Below the pieces are notes generated by a model. That model was not told where the DNA came from. It searched no databases and saw only the letters and a list, made by a program, of their open reading frames with translations. 64,000 bases of DNA from an uncultured Pseudomonadota bacterium (GTDB lineage: Bacteria > Myxococcota_A > Polyangia > Fen-1088), in assembly GCA_963847705.1 (NCBI GenBank), contig CAWKBC010000027.1, forward strand, positions 160,001-224,000, written 5' to 3'. The position numbers and the translations under genes are program-made. Shown here piece by piece: positions 30,198 through 39,720 of the stretch (the stretch's first letter is position 1; the number at the start of each line of letters is the position of its first letter).

Positions 30198-30782
30198 ATG
30201 GTCGGCGATGGCATGGGACGCCTTCTGCTGGCGCTGTCATTGGGGATCGCCGGCGCGTCCGGCGGCTGCGGGTCGAAGACCGCGACGGCCACCGGGCAGA
30301 TCAGCACGGACGCTGACTTTTCGGTCTGCTCGGGGACGCCCGCGGTGCGCTACACGCCGGGGTTGAGCGTCCTTTCAGCCTCGGGCGCCTACCGGGCCGC
30401 GATCGTGACGGCCTCGACGGACCAGGGCTCGGGTGCTCCGGTTCCGACGGCCGCCATCGGGTACGACACCTTCACCGTGGCGGTCACCGCGGTCTCCGCC
30501 GGTGACGCCGGGTCCGATGCGGGAGCGCCCCCGCCCGACGGGCTCACCATGACGACGCCGGCCATCGGGGGCGGCAGCGGCAAGCCGGCCGATCCCTACA
30601 TGCCGGTGCACCTGCACGGGGCGTCGACGGTCCCCACCATCACCGCGCAAGCGGGCGGAACGTTCTCCGTCGCGGCGATCGATTTCTTCATGGCCGGCTA
30701 CTGGGAGCTCTACCTGGAGCTGACGCCGCCCGGCGGCGCCGCCGACCCGTTGACCTTCAAGATCTGCATCCCCGACGATTAG
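30198..30782 (+). CDS. YtkA/FixH-like lipoprotein
   Basis: Lipobox GGC, PYMPVHLHG and FFMAGYWEL, matching the YtkA-like M-P-x-H-x-H-G / G-x-W pattern. Start uncertain. Confidence 0.6.
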   Translation: MVGDGMGRLLLALSLGIAGASGGCGSKTATATGQISTDADFSVCSGTPAVRYTPGLSVLSASGAYRAAIVTASTDQGSGAPVPTAAIGYDTFTVAVTAVSAGDAGSDAGAPPPDGLTMTTPAIGGGSGKPADPYMPVHLHGASTVPTITAQAGGTFSVAAIDFFMAGYWELYLELTPPGGAADPLTFKICIPDD

Positions 30783-30795
30783 CCAGCGGGCTGCC

Positions 30796-32337
30796 TCAGG
30801 GCGAAGCGGGAGGGGCCGGGCAGTGGGCGTAGCTGGTGGTCACCGTGGTGTTGGTCTTGTAAACGCCCGTCGCCACGCAGGTCATGGGCTCGTTGGTCGC
30901 GGGGTCGAGAGTCTGGAAGGCGTTGGACGCCGTCGGTGTCCAGTCGAGCGTCGCGCCGCCGCCGAGGGCGTAGCGCGCGATCTGCGGCGGGACCGACGGG
31001 TCGAGGTCGCCGCTGGCGACCAAGCTGGCGAGCACGTCGTCGCCGATCGCCTGCAGGTGCACCGTCACCTTCACCTCGTCGAGAGTCGCGGGGAGGGTGG
31101 AGGGGGTGACGCTAGGGTACTCCAGCGTGAAGTGCGCATTGAACGTCGCCGGATCGTTGACGTTCTGGATCAGCAGGCCGGGGAGCTGATTGCTGGGAGC
31201 GACGGTCACCGCCTGCCAGAACATCTGCACCTCGGCGCCGGTCCCGTCATAGATGCAGTCGCGGATGAGCCACAGATCGGGATCCGGCGAGCCCTCCAGC
31301 GGCAACGCGCTCGGCCAGGCGCCGACCGCGTCGCTGTTGCCGCTGGCGTAGACGACGTTTCCCCCCTGGTAGGCGGTCAGCTCGACCCAGGCGCGGCGAT
31401 CGGGCGTGGCGCCGCTCGGCCAGCTGTGTCCGGCGGCGCCCACGTTGTCCAGTGTCAGCATCAGCTTATGCGTGATCTGCTTGAAACAGAGCGTCTCCTG
31501 GATTGCGGTGGAAAGAAAAGCGGTGGCGGCGGCCTGCTGGGCGGCGTTCTGGGGCGTAATCCCGCTGGCGGCGTCGGCGGGTGGGAAATCGCTGACCGCC
31601 AGGTCGACGGCGGGGAACATGTGGCTGTGGACGCGGCGGATCTTGCTCGGCGTGGTGGTCGAGACGGCGCCGTCGCTGGCCACCATGTGGCACTCGGCGC
31701 AGCTCTCGCCGCCCGGCGACTGCGAGAGCGTGGTGGCGGTCCACTCGGCGAAGGTCCGCTCGACGTGGGCGCCCTGCAGGTTCTGGATGTCGTGGCAGCT
31801 CCCGCAGGCGTTGGCCGAATCGGAGGTGGCGCCGTCGAGCAGGCGTGAGTAGGAGACGTTGTGCGGCGAGCCAGGCAGGGGATCGTCGAACGGCCCGAAC
31901 AGGCTGCCGTTCGAGGCCAGCGTCAGCGGATCGTTGTGCGTCCCGGTCACCGACTCGATCGAGTGGCAGAAGTAGCAGGTCACTCCCTTGAGCGGCTGCG
32001 CCAGGCCGTCGAGGTTGGTGCCGTCGGTCTTCCCTTCGCGCACGGCCACCGGCGCGTGACAGTTCACGCAGAACGTGCCGAGGGCGTTGTTGCTCTCGCG
32101 CTGGGCACGCTGGTTCATGGCGCGAAACACCGGATCGTCGGTGGCGTAGGCGTGCATGCTCCCCGACCAGTCCTGGTACTGCGCCGGGTGGCAGGTCCGA
32201 CAGGTGAGGGGATCCATGAGCTCGGTCTCCGACAGCGTCGACGTGCCGGAGCCCGACCCGCAGCTCGAGGCGATCAAGCTGGTCGCGGTCAGCCCGACAG
32301 CGAGCGTGATCCGTGCAACATGAAGCGGCGACCTCAC
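30796..32337 (-). CDS. Multiheme (5 CxxCH) cytochrome c lipoprotein, c554/c13-like N-terminus
   Basis: CRTCH, CVNCH, CYFCH, CGSCH and CAECH; WSGSMHAYA; GHSWPSG; lipobox SSC. Confidence 0.85.
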   Translation of the reverse strand: MRSPLHVARITLAVGLTATSLIASSCGSGSGTSTLSETELMDPLTCRTCHPAQYQDWSGSMHAYATDDPVFRAMNQRAQRESNNALGTFCVNCHAPVAVREGKTDGTNLDGLAQPLKGVTCYFCHSIESVTGTHNDPLTLASNGSLFGPFDDPLPGSPHNVSYSRLLDGATSDSANACGSCHDIQNLQGAHVERTFAEWTATTLSQSPGGESCAECHMVASDGAVSTTTPSKIRRVHSHMFPAVDLAVSDFPPADAASGITPQNAAQQAAATAFLSTAIQETLCFKQITHKLMLTLDNVGAAGHSWPSGATPDRRAWVELTAYQGGNVVYASGNSDAVGAWPSALPLEGSPDPDLWLIRDCIYDGTGAEVQMFWQAVTVAPSNQLPGLLIQNVNDPATFNAHFTLEYPSVTPSTLPATLDEVKVTVHLQAIGDDVLASLVASGDLDPSVPPQIARYALGGGATLDWTPTASNAFQTLDPATNEPMTCVATGVYKTNTTVTTSYAHCPAPPASP

Positions 32338-32341
32338 CTGT

Positions 32342-32815
32342 ATGAAGTATGTCCTCGTGGTTCTCGCGTGTCACAATTCGACCGTGAGCGCACGCCGCCC
32401 AGCACCGGTAGGCGTCCTGGCGCTCGCGCTGGCGGGCTTGGCGGTGACCGTGTCGGGCTGCAAGAAGGCAGCGGGGGTCGATTGCACGCCGCCGCCCGCG
32501 AACCCGACCTGCCCCGAGGCCGGCGCGCCGAGCTTCGCCGACGTCTACCAGGCGGTCTTCCGTCCGGTCTGCGACAACTGCCACGCTCCGGACGGCTCGG
32601 AGGCGGTCATGCCCCTCGCGAGCTATGCGCAGATCTACGGGACCAACGGGACGGAGGCGCGCGAGATCTTCAACCAGGTCTTCGAGTCGTGCCTCATGCC
32701 TCCCAGCAACGCGCCCGCGCCGCTCGGCGAGAGCGAGCGGCAGACCTTGCTCGACTGGTTTGCCTGCGGCGCGCTGGACGACAGCCCATCCGTCGACGCC
32801 GCTGCGGCCGACTAG
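32342..32815 (+). CDS. Monoheme cytochrome c lipoprotein
   Basis: Lipobox SGC, CDNCH, distal MPP and DWFACGA. Confidence 0.75.
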   Translation: MKYVLVVLACHNSTVSARRPAPVGVLALALAGLAVTVSGCKKAAGVDCTPPPANPTCPEAGAPSFADVYQAVFRPVCDNCHAPDGSEAVMPLASYAQIYGTNGTEAREIFNQVFESCLMPPSNAPAPLGESERQTLLDWFACGALDDSPSVDAAAAD

Positions 32816-33486
32816 GGCACCTTCACGAAGAAGGCGGCGTGGCCGTGGGGCGAGTCCTCGCGCACGTCGCTGCACTCCTCGAAGAAGTGAAAGCGCACGG
32901 TCCAGGTCCCCGGCGCGTCGAACTTGATCGGGCCGACCTGGTAGACGCCGGGGGCGATCTCCGTCGAGGGTTTCGCCGGCGCGGGCGCGCCGTGGCTGAT
33001 GCTGAGCGAGACGTCCGGGCGGACGCCGGCGCAGCTGACGGGCATCATGTCGGCCAGTCGGAGCGCGCTGACGGTGAAGTAGGTGGCGGTGTTCTCCGTG
33101 ATGGGGGTCGCCGTCCAGCTCACGTAGTATTTGCAGTCGTCGTCGTCGCCGGCCGCACCGTACATCGTCGGACCGTAGTCGGTGCTGGTGACGCCGCCGT
33201 CCCCGGCCCCCGCGCCGCCGTCCGTGTCGAAGGAGACGTTGCAGCTCGCGGTGTTCGCCGGCACGGTCGTCGGATCGATGACCTGACAGACGCCGACGGT
33301 CTGGACGATGAGACCGCCGTCCCTCGCCGTGCAGTGGTTGTCGAGAGGGCCAATCACCACGCCCGAGGGTGAATCGGCGCCCGTCCTGCTGGGGCTGCCG
33401 GCGTCCGGCGCAGCGGCGGTGCCGTTGCACCCCGCTGCGGTCAACCCCGCAGCGATGAAGAAAACGACAACGATGGTCTTCGCCAA
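32812..33486 (-). CDS. YtkA-like lipoprotein with His/Asp/Cys metal-ligand motifs
   Basis: Lipobox AAGC, DDDCKY, GVYQVGPIKFDAPGTWTVRFH and SPHGHAAF. Confidence 0.65.
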   Translation of the reverse strand: MAKTIVVVFFIAAGLTAAGCNGTAAAPDAGSPSRTGADSPSGVVIGPLDNHCTARDGGLIVQTVGVCQVIDPTTVPANTASCNVSFDTDGGAGAGDGGVTSTDYGPTMYGAAGDDDDCKYYVSWTATPITENTATYFTVSALRLADMMPVSCAGVRPDVSLSISHGAPAPAKPSTEIAPGVYQVGPIKFDAPGTWTVRFHFFEECSDVREDSPHGHAAFFVKVP

Positions 33487-33589
33487 TGGCTTCTCCTTGG
33501 GCGGTAGGCTAGTTGCGTTTGTCGGCTGAGGTGCTGTGTAAAATTTTCACAGCCGAACGCGGTGACGGGGACGCCCCTCGCGCGGCCGC

Positions 33590-34129
33590 TCAGGTCCGGG
33601 GGGGATACTTTTTCAACTTGAGCTGCAGCGTGCGGCGGGTGATCCCCAGCCGCCGCGCCGCCTCGGAGATGTTCTGCCGGCAGTCGGCCAGGATGCGTTG
33701 AATGTGCTCCCACTCGGCGCGCGCCAGCGTGGGGGAGGGGGTGGGCGCCGCTTCGGCCGGGCGGGCCGGCTCTCCGGTGAGGGCGCCGATGATCTGATCG
33801 GCGTCGACCGGTTTGCTGAGATAGTCGTGCGCGCCGGCCCGCAGCGCCTCCACCGCCGAGGTGATGCTGCCGTAGCCGGTGAGGACGACGATGCGCGCGC
33901 CCGGCGCGAGGGCGTGGAGCGGTCCGATCAACGCCAACCCGGAAAGCCCCGGCATCCGCAGGTCGACGATCGCGAAGTCAGGCCTGCGCGCGCGGGCCGC
34001 CGCCACGGCGCCGTCGTGATCGGCGGCGGTCGCGACCTCGTAACCCCGCTCGCGCAGCGCGCGGCCCAGCCGTTCGCGGAACACCTCGTCGTCGTCGACG
34101 AGCAGGATGGTGCCGCCGACCGCCTTCAC
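33590..34129 (-). CDS. regA: RegA/PrrA-family response regulator
   Basis: Receiver domain (LLVDDD, DLRMP, LTGYGSI, YLSKP) plus EWEHIQRIL..NISEAARRLGI.RRTLQ.KL. GTG start overlaps the kinase stop. Confidence 0.88.
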   Translation of the reverse strand: MKAVGGTILLVDDDEVFRERLGRALRERGYEVATAADHDGAVAAARARRPDFAIVDLRMPGLSGLALIGPLHALAPGARIVVLTGYGSITSAVEALRAGAHDYLSKPVDADQIIGALTGEPARPAEAAPTPSPTLARAEWEHIQRILADCRQNISEAARRLGITRRTLQLKLKKYPPRT

Positions 34130-35400
34130 GGCGCCCCTCCGACCGGCAGCCAGAGCGTGGCGGTCGTCCCCGCGCCCGGCGCGGAACGGATGGAGAGCTC
34201 GCCCCCCAGCCGCTCGACGATGGCCCGGGCCAGGAAGATCCCCAGGCCCATCCCCTGGCCCGCCGGCTTGGTGGTGAAGAACGGCTCGCCGACCCGGGCC
34301 AGGAGCTCGGGCGAGATCCCGGGGCCGCGATCGGCTATTTCGAAGACCAGCCGCCGGCTGTCGTCGACGGCGGCCACCCGCAGGGTGACCGGCGCGCCGC
34401 GGGGTGAGGCCTGGCGGGCGTTGTCGACCAGGCCACGCAGCGCCTGCCCGAATGCATGCCGGGGCAGGGCGGTGGTCGCGGCGGCCGTCGTCTCGTCGAG
34501 GCTGACCGTGACGGCGCGAGCGGGCTCCGTCGAACAATCGTCCAGGCAGTCGTCGACCAGCTCACGGACCGAGACCCGGGCGAACCGTTCGCCGGCCGGG
34601 TCGCCGGCGTCGACGCGCATGCGCGCCAGGATGCGGCGGCAGCGCTCGACCTCTTCCCGCATCAGCCGGACGTCGTCGGCCGCGGCGGCAGGGGCGCCGG
34701 CGGCGATCACCGCGCGCTCCAAATCCTTGGCCACCACCGCGATGGTCGACAGAGGCGTGGCCAGCTCGTGCGCCGCCCCCGCGGCCAGCGTCGCCAGGGA
34801 GGCCAGCCGCTCCTGCCGCGCCGCCAGGCTGCGCGACGCCACGAGCTCCTCGTCCCGGGCGCCGAGCGCGCGGCGCACGCGCATCAGGAAGTAGACGATG
34901 AACGCCGAGGCCACGCCGAACGCCACCCACATCCCGCGCAGGTGCAGCGCCATGTGCCCGGCGTGTCCCCCCGCCGCCGGCAGCGGCTGGTGGCGCACGA
35001 ACAGCACCAGCGACGACGCCAGCGACAACAGCACCAGCATCCAGGTCCAGGCGGAGCGCAAGGTGATGGCGGCGATGGCGATGGGGACCAGATAAAGAAA
35101 ACTGAACGGGTTCTCGGGACCGCCGGTGAAGTAGAGCAGGCCCGAGAAGATCAGGACGTCCAGCGCCATCACCGCCAGCAGCCACCAGTCCTGGGGCGTC
35201 CAGGCCCGCGCGCAGGCGATGCACGCCAGGTTGGAGAGCAGCGCCACCCCGACCAGCGCAAACAGCGGCGCCAGGGGAATCTCCAGGTTCATCCCGAAAC
35301 GGACACCCACGATGGTCAACGCCTGCCCGGCCACGGTCGCGAACCGCAACCGCACCAGCCAGCCGAAGTTGATCCGCGAGGGCGAGACCGGCTCAACCAT
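34126..35400 (-). CDS. regB: RegB/PrrB-family membrane sensor histidine kinase
   Basis: WLVRLR, LLYFTGGPENPF, AAHELATPL, NARQA, EPFFTTK and GMGLGIFL. Confidence 0.88.
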   Translation of the reverse strand: MVEPVSPSRINFGWLVRLRFATVAGQALTIVGVRFGMNLEIPLAPLFALVGVALLSNLACIACARAWTPQDWWLLAVMALDVLIFSGLLYFTGGPENPFSFLYLVPIAIAAITLRSAWTWMLVLLSLASSLVLFVRHQPLPAAGGHAGHMALHLRGMWVAFGVASAFIVYFLMRVRRALGARDEELVASRSLAARQERLASLATLAAGAAHELATPLSTIAVVAKDLERAVIAAGAPAAAADDVRLMREEVERCRRILARMRVDAGDPAGERFARVSVRELVDDCLDDCSTEPARAVTVSLDETTAAATTALPRHAFGQALRGLVDNARQASPRGAPVTLRVAAVDDSRRLVFEIADRGPGISPELLARVGEPFFTTKPAGQGMGLGIFLARAIVERLGGELSIRSAPGAGTTATLWLPVGGAP

Positions 35401-35406
35401 GCCGGA

Positions 35407-35808
35407 CTAACTATATGCCGGCGGCGTCCCTTTCACCTGAGCGAGCCGCGCCAGCGTGCTCAGCAGCTCCGCGGGCTGAATCGGCTTGGGGCAGAGCTCG
35501 ATCGGGCCGAGCTGGCTGCGCATCGAATCGGGGCTGAATCCCGCCGCCGTCACCAGAACGACCGGGACCGACGCAAACGTCGGGTCCTCCAGCTGCTCGC
35601 GCCGAAAGTCCCAGCCGTCGCAGTTGGGCATCATCAGGTCCAGCAGGATCACCGCCGGGCGCAGTCCCCCGCGAAGCGTCTTCAGCGCCTCGCCGCCATC
35701 GGCGGTGGCGGCCACCTTGTATCCCTCGCTGGCCAGGAGCTCGGTCAGCGCCCTTCGCACGTCGGGATCGTCCTCGACGACCAGAATGGTGTGGGCCGAA
35801 TGGGACAC
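35407..35808 (-). CDS. Single-domain response regulator
   Basis: ILVVEDD, LLDLMMP, VTA and PKP. Confidence 0.85.
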   Translation of the reverse strand: MSHSAHTILVVEDDPDVRRALTELLASEGYKVAATADGGEALKTLRGGLRPAVILLDLMMPNCDGWDFRREQLEDPTFASVPVVLVTAAGFSPDSMRSQLGPIELCPKPIQPAELLSTLARLAQVKGTPPAYS

Positions 35809-35980
35809 GTCAAAGATCAAGATTGGCAGCGCCACGCCTCCGTCAAGGGGCACCGGGCCCGAAAACGTACAAGATCGTCGCGGATGAGCCTGGCGGGCGC
35901 CACCTCCTGACCGGCGGACCGACCGAGATCCAGGAATCGGGGGGTTCAAGCTGTCGGCCCGGCCCGTCGATGAACGGTCC

Positions 35981-36580
35981 ATGAGCGTTGCGCTCGCCCG
36001 CCAAGCTCCCTACCCGACACGGGTCCAGCAGAGACGTTGCAGCAAGTGTGGAAAGCTGGTGTCGCGCTCGGCCTACGCCTGTCGGCGCTGCGGAAAGACC
36101 CAGCGGATCCGGTCCCGGACCATCCTCCTCTGCCTGGCGGCGGGCTTGATCGTCGGGATGTTCGCGGTGGCCAGCGCGGGCTCCCTCCTGCCGCAAGCCC
36201 ACACGGGAGAGGCGGCGGCGGCGAAGGCGGCACCCGATCTCCACCGCGGCTCGGTGACGGTGTCGGGACGGACGCCCGAGGTGAGCGCGACCGAGCTCTG
36301 GATGAGCTACTCGCGAGACAGGGCCGGGGCTGATCTTCTCTACCGCGAGCATTCGGTCCTGGTGACAGGGAACATCCGCTCCATCGAGCGCAACTACGAG
36401 GGCGAGATGGTGGTGCGGCTCGGGACCGGCGACGCCTTCGAGACCGTCAACGCCACGATGGCCACCCGGAACAATCCGGTGCTCGGGTCGCTGGCCAAGG
36501 GGCACCCGGTCTCCCTGCTCTGCGTGGGGCGCGGGGCTCTGATGGGCGCGCCGCTCCTCGGCGGCTGCTTCGTCAGATAG
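35981..36580 (+). CDS. Zinc-ribbon/TM/OB-fold (tRNA_anti-like) membrane protein
   Basis: CSKC..CRRC, one TM helix, then VSATEL..Y..D...AD..Y....V.VTG.I..I. Confidence 0.7.
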   Translation: MSVALARQAPYPTRVQQRRCSKCGKLVSRSAYACRRCGKTQRIRSRTILLCLAAGLIVGMFAVASAGSLLPQAHTGEAAAAKAAPDLHRGSVTVSGRTPEVSATELWMSYSRDRAGADLLYREHSVLVTGNIRSIERNYEGEMVVRLGTGDAFETVNATMATRNNPVLGSLAKGHPVSLLCVGRGALMGAPLLGGCFVR

Positions 36581-36647
36581 CGGCGCCGCTCCTCGGCGGC
36601 TGCTTCGTCAGATAGCAGCGCCGCTCCTCGGCGGCTGTTTCGTCAGA
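36548..36647. repeat. 35-bp tandem repeat, about 2.9 copies, spanning two convergent stop codons
   Basis: GCGCCGCTCCTCGGCGGCTGCTTCGTCAGATAGC(G/A) starts at 36548, 36583 and 36618. Confidence 0.9.
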
Positions 36648-37386
36648 CCGCGGCGCTGCTCGAGCGCTGGCGGCGTTCGGCGTAGCGCGGCGATGCGGCC
36701 AAGAGCCGCGCCTGCAGCGCCTCCGCCGAGACCTGACCGGGGGCGGTGGCGCCGGCGATGAACCCGTACGCCAGCAGCGACCCCGCGGCGGCGAGCTCGA
36801 CGCGCAGCCCGTCGTCAACGGAGCCCATTCCGATCACCGCCGTGCGCTCCGGCCGGCGCGCCAGCAGGGTCCGCAGCGCCGCGCGGTCATCTGCGCCTGT
36901 CACCGCGGTGGCGACCTTGGCGATGGCGCCCGGTGCGGCGGCGTGGCACCGGTCGACCACGCCGAGGAGCGGAGCGAGCGGCGGTGTGGCCGCGAAGTCG
37001 TGGTGCGAGACGATGAGCTGACCCGCCGGCCGCGCGCGCACCAGCGCAGCGACGTCGTCGATGATGGCGGCGTCGTCCTCGACGTCGGCCCAGGAAGCGA
37101 CGGCCAGCGCTGCGCGAAAAACCACCAGTCGCGCGGCGTCTCCCCTGGCGAACTGTCCCCCCTGGCTCTCGCTGCGGATCGTGACCAGCACCGGCGTCCC
37201 GCTTGCCTCGAGCCGCGCGCAGGCGTCGAGGTCGCCGCCATCGAGCCGCTGTCCGGAAAACAGATCGATCCGCGCCTCCACCAGATCGAACGGACGCACA
37301 GCGGGAGCGAGGGTCACGCAGGCCGCCAGCGCCTCGGCCCGGTCGGCCACGCCGACGATGAACGGCCCGCGCGCAAGATCCAGCAT
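36643..37386 (-). CDS. aroD: Type I 3-dehydroquinate dehydratase
   Basis: DLVEARID, TIRSESQGG, IVSHHDF..TP, AKVA, IGMG and TAPGQ. Confidence 0.85.
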   Translation of the reverse strand: MLDLARGPFIVGVADRAEALAACVTLAPAVRPFDLVEARIDLFSGQRLDGGDLDACARLEASGTPVLVTIRSESQGGQFARGDAARLVVFRAALAVASWADVEDDAAIIDDVAALVRARPAGQLIVSHHDFAATPPLAPLLGVVDRCHAAAPGAIAKVATAVTGADDRAALRTLLARRPERTAVIGMGSVDDGLRVELAAAGSLLAYGFIAGATAPGQVSAEALQARLLAASPRYAERRQRSSSAAV

Positions 37387-37454
37387 TCCAGAGTGTATCC
37401 TAGCAGGATCTCGGGGACGGCCCGGCCGCGAGGCGCCGGCGATCGGAGGCAGCT

Positions 37455-37727
37455 TCAGCGGTCGGCGCCGAGATCGCTGCTCGCGCCGTCTGCGTGTGCG
37501 GCGCCGTGGTCGGCGGCCGCGTCGGTGGTCGCGGGGCCATCCGCCGCGCTGTCCGTCGATCCGTCGACTGCAGCGCTGGCGCCGTCGACGGGGAAGGGTC
37601 GGTTGGGCTCGACGAACTTTCCGTTTCCGCTGTTGTCGGTGCAGCCCGAGGCGAGCAGGGCGCCCGCCAGCGCTCCCACCAGCGCCAACGCTCCAGCCAT
37701 CGTGGTGGTCCTCTTGGTCGCCGGCAT
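37455..37727 (-). CDS. Small lipoprotein
   Basis: Hydrophobic signal with LASGC and an Asp/Ala-rich tail. Confidence 0.5.
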   Translation of the reverse strand: MPATKRTTTMAGALALVGALAGALLASGCTDNSGNGKFVEPNRPFPVDGASAAVDGSTDSAADGPATTDAAADHGAAHADGASSDLGADR

Positions 37728-37901
37728 GGTCGCTGATTTCGGGACGAAACGGACATCCGCCATGTGCGATCTCTCCTCGGCCGATAAGGGGCCGCCCAGC
37801 AGAGTACGTCAGCCCGAAGGGGCCCGGCAAGTTCAGGGCGCGGGGCGCGCCGTCAGAGATCCGTCACTCGGTCGCGTCCGTCAGGCGGTCAGCCGGCCAA
37901 G

Positions 37902-38453
37902 TCAGCCCTGGGTCGCGGCGTCGACGTTCGTCCCGCCGGATCCGGACGCGCCGCCTGTGGCCGGTGTGCCACCGGTGCCGCCGGTGGCGGGTGTTCCGCC
38001 GGTACCCGTCGTGCCGCCGGTGGCAGGCTTCCCGCCGGTGCCGCCGGTGGCAGGTGTTCCGCCGGTACCCGTCGTGCCGCCGGTGGCAGGCTTCCCGCCG
38101 GTGCCGCCGGTGGCAGGTGTTCCGCCGGTGCCGGTGGCAGGCTTTCCGCCCGCGCCCCCGGTGGCCGGCGTTCCGCCGGTGCCGGTGGTGCCGCCGGTGG
38201 CGGGCTTTCCGCCGGTCCCGGTGACACCGCCAGTCCCGGGCGTTCCCCCGGTCGCGATGACCCCCCCGGTGCCGGGCATCCCACCGGTCCCGGGCGCATC
38301 GGTCGCGGCATCCACGATGCCGGTCGCCCCCGCCGCGCCGTCGAGCGTGTCGTTCTGGAACGTCGACGGCCCTTCCTTGTAAGCCGAGTCGTCCTCGCAG
38401 GAGATCAGCAGGCCCAGGCCGAGCAGAGGCGCGAGGAGGGCCAGCCGTCGCAT
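37902..38453 (-). CDS. Gly/Thr-rich repeat lipoprotein
   Basis: Lipobox LISC followed by (GGTPATGGTGGKPATGGTTGT)n repeats. Confidence 0.7.
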   Translation of the reverse strand: MRRLALLAPLLGLGLLISCEDDSAYKEGPSTFQNDTLDGAAGATGIVDAATDAPGTGGMPGTGGVIATGGTPGTGGVTGTGGKPATGGTTGTGGTPATGGAGGKPATGTGGTPATGGTGGKPATGGTTGTGGTPATGGTGGKPATGGTTGTGGTPATGGTGGTPATGGASGSGGTNVDAATQG

Positions 38454-38489
38454 CGCCTCATTTTAGTTCAGTCCGGGGTGGCCCAACAG

Positions 38490-38509
38490 AAAAAGGCGCG
38501 CCGGCGCGC
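38490..38509 (-). terminator. Possible intrinsic terminator
   Basis: Minus strand GCGCG-CCGG-CGCGC hairpin followed by CTTTTT, downstream of the 38541 stop. Confidence 0.35.
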
Positions 38510-38540
38510 GTGGCGCAGACGGCCATCGAGACGGCGTCTG

Positions 38541-38915
38541 CTACGCGCCGCCGGCGCCCGCGCCACCGGTGGTGCCTGCGCCGCCGGTGGTGCCAGCAGC
38601 GCCGGTGGTGCCTGCGCCGCCGGTGGTGCCAGCGGCGCCGGTGGTGCCCGCACCCCCGGTGGTTCCCGCGCCGCCACCTTTGCCGCCTGCGCCGCCAGTG
38701 GTGCCCGCGGCACCGGTGGTGCCCGCGGCACCGGTGGTGCCCGCACCCCCAGTGGTTCCTGCGCTGCCGCCGTTGCCTCCGGCGCCGGAGCCGCCGGTCG
38801 CGCTGGAGCCGCCGGTTGCAGTGGAACCGCCGGTTCCGCTGATGGGCGTGGTGCTGCTCGAACAGCCGAAGGTCGCGAGCGCGAGGGTCAAGAACGGGAC
38901 GGCAAGCTTCTTCAT
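38541..38915 (-). CDS. Gly/Ala/Thr-rich repeat lipoprotein
   Basis: MKKLAVPFLTLALATFGC signal and (GGAGTT/GAAGTT)n repeats. Confidence 0.7.
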   Translation of the reverse strand: MKKLAVPFLTLALATFGCSSSTTPISGTGGSTATGGSSATGGSGAGGNGGSAGTTGGAGTTGAAGTTGAAGTTGGAGGKGGGAGTTGGAGTTGAAGTTGGAGTTGAAGTTGGAGTTGGAGAGGA

Positions 38916-38967
38916 CGTGGTGGTCTCCGCGAAGTCACCGCAGCGTAATGGACCTGGAGACCGGCGT

Positions 38968-39603
38968 CTATTGACCGTCGGTGGCGCCGCGCAGCCCGAG
39001 ATCGAGCCCACGCACCTTCTCGAACCGCTGCCCGACGTCCACCCAATTCCAGATATTCCACACCGCCTCGAAGAAGCTCTTCTTGTCGGGGCCGTACTGC
39101 AGATAGAACGCGTGCTCCCAGGCATCGAGCACCAGGATCGGCACGCCGCCCTGATGGATGTTGGTTTGATGGTCGTAGATCTGCGTGGTCACCAGCCGCT
39201 TGGCGACCGGCTCCCAGGAGAGCGCCGCCCAACCAGAGCCCATGATGGTCATCGCCGCGTTGGTGAGCTGGGCGCGGAACTGGGTGAACCCGCCGAAGTC
39301 CTGGGTGATCTGCGTGCCGAGCGCGCCGGTCGGCTCGCCGCCCGCCTTGGGCGCCAGGTTCTGCCAGAACAGCGAGTGCAGGACGTGGCCGGAGGTGTGA
39401 AAGGCCAGCGCCTTCTCCAGCGCCGCGATCTTGGCGAAGTCGTTCTTGGCGCGTGCCTCGGCGAGCCCGTCGGTCGCCGTGTTGGCGCCAGCGACGTAGG
39501 CCGCGTGGTGCTTGTCGTGGTGCAGCTGCATGATCTTGCCCGAGACGTGCGGCTCGAGGGCGCCGTAGTCGTAGGCCAACTCCGGGAGGGTGTACTTTGT
39601 CAT
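38968..39603 (-). CDS. sodA: Fe/Mn superoxide dismutase
   Basis: LPELAYDYGALEP, HHDKHH..YV, GHVLHSLFW, GSGW and DAWEHAFY. Confidence 0.93.
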   Translation of the reverse strand: MTKYTLPELAYDYGALEPHVSGKIMQLHHDKHHAAYVAGANTATDGLAEARAKNDFAKIAALEKALAFHTSGHVLHSLFWQNLAPKAGGEPTGALGTQITQDFGGFTQFRAQLTNAAMTIMGSGWAALSWEPVAKRLVTTQIYDHQTNIHQGGVPILVLDAWEHAFYLQYGPDKKSFFEAVWNIWNWVDVGQRFEKVRGLDLGLRGATDGQ

Positions 39604-39720
39604 GGGGCGAATATGACAACCTCACGCCGCAGCGCAAGTGCGGATGAGCAATGGGGGCAGACCCCGATTCGCGGAATTTCCGGAGGCCGTCCGCCGGGGC
39701 TTCTCAGATCTGGAGGGAAT

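Noticed and set aside
36548-36647. 35-bp repeats as a mini-CRISPR
   Set aside because: The copies are directly adjacent without spacers and duplicate a gene end.
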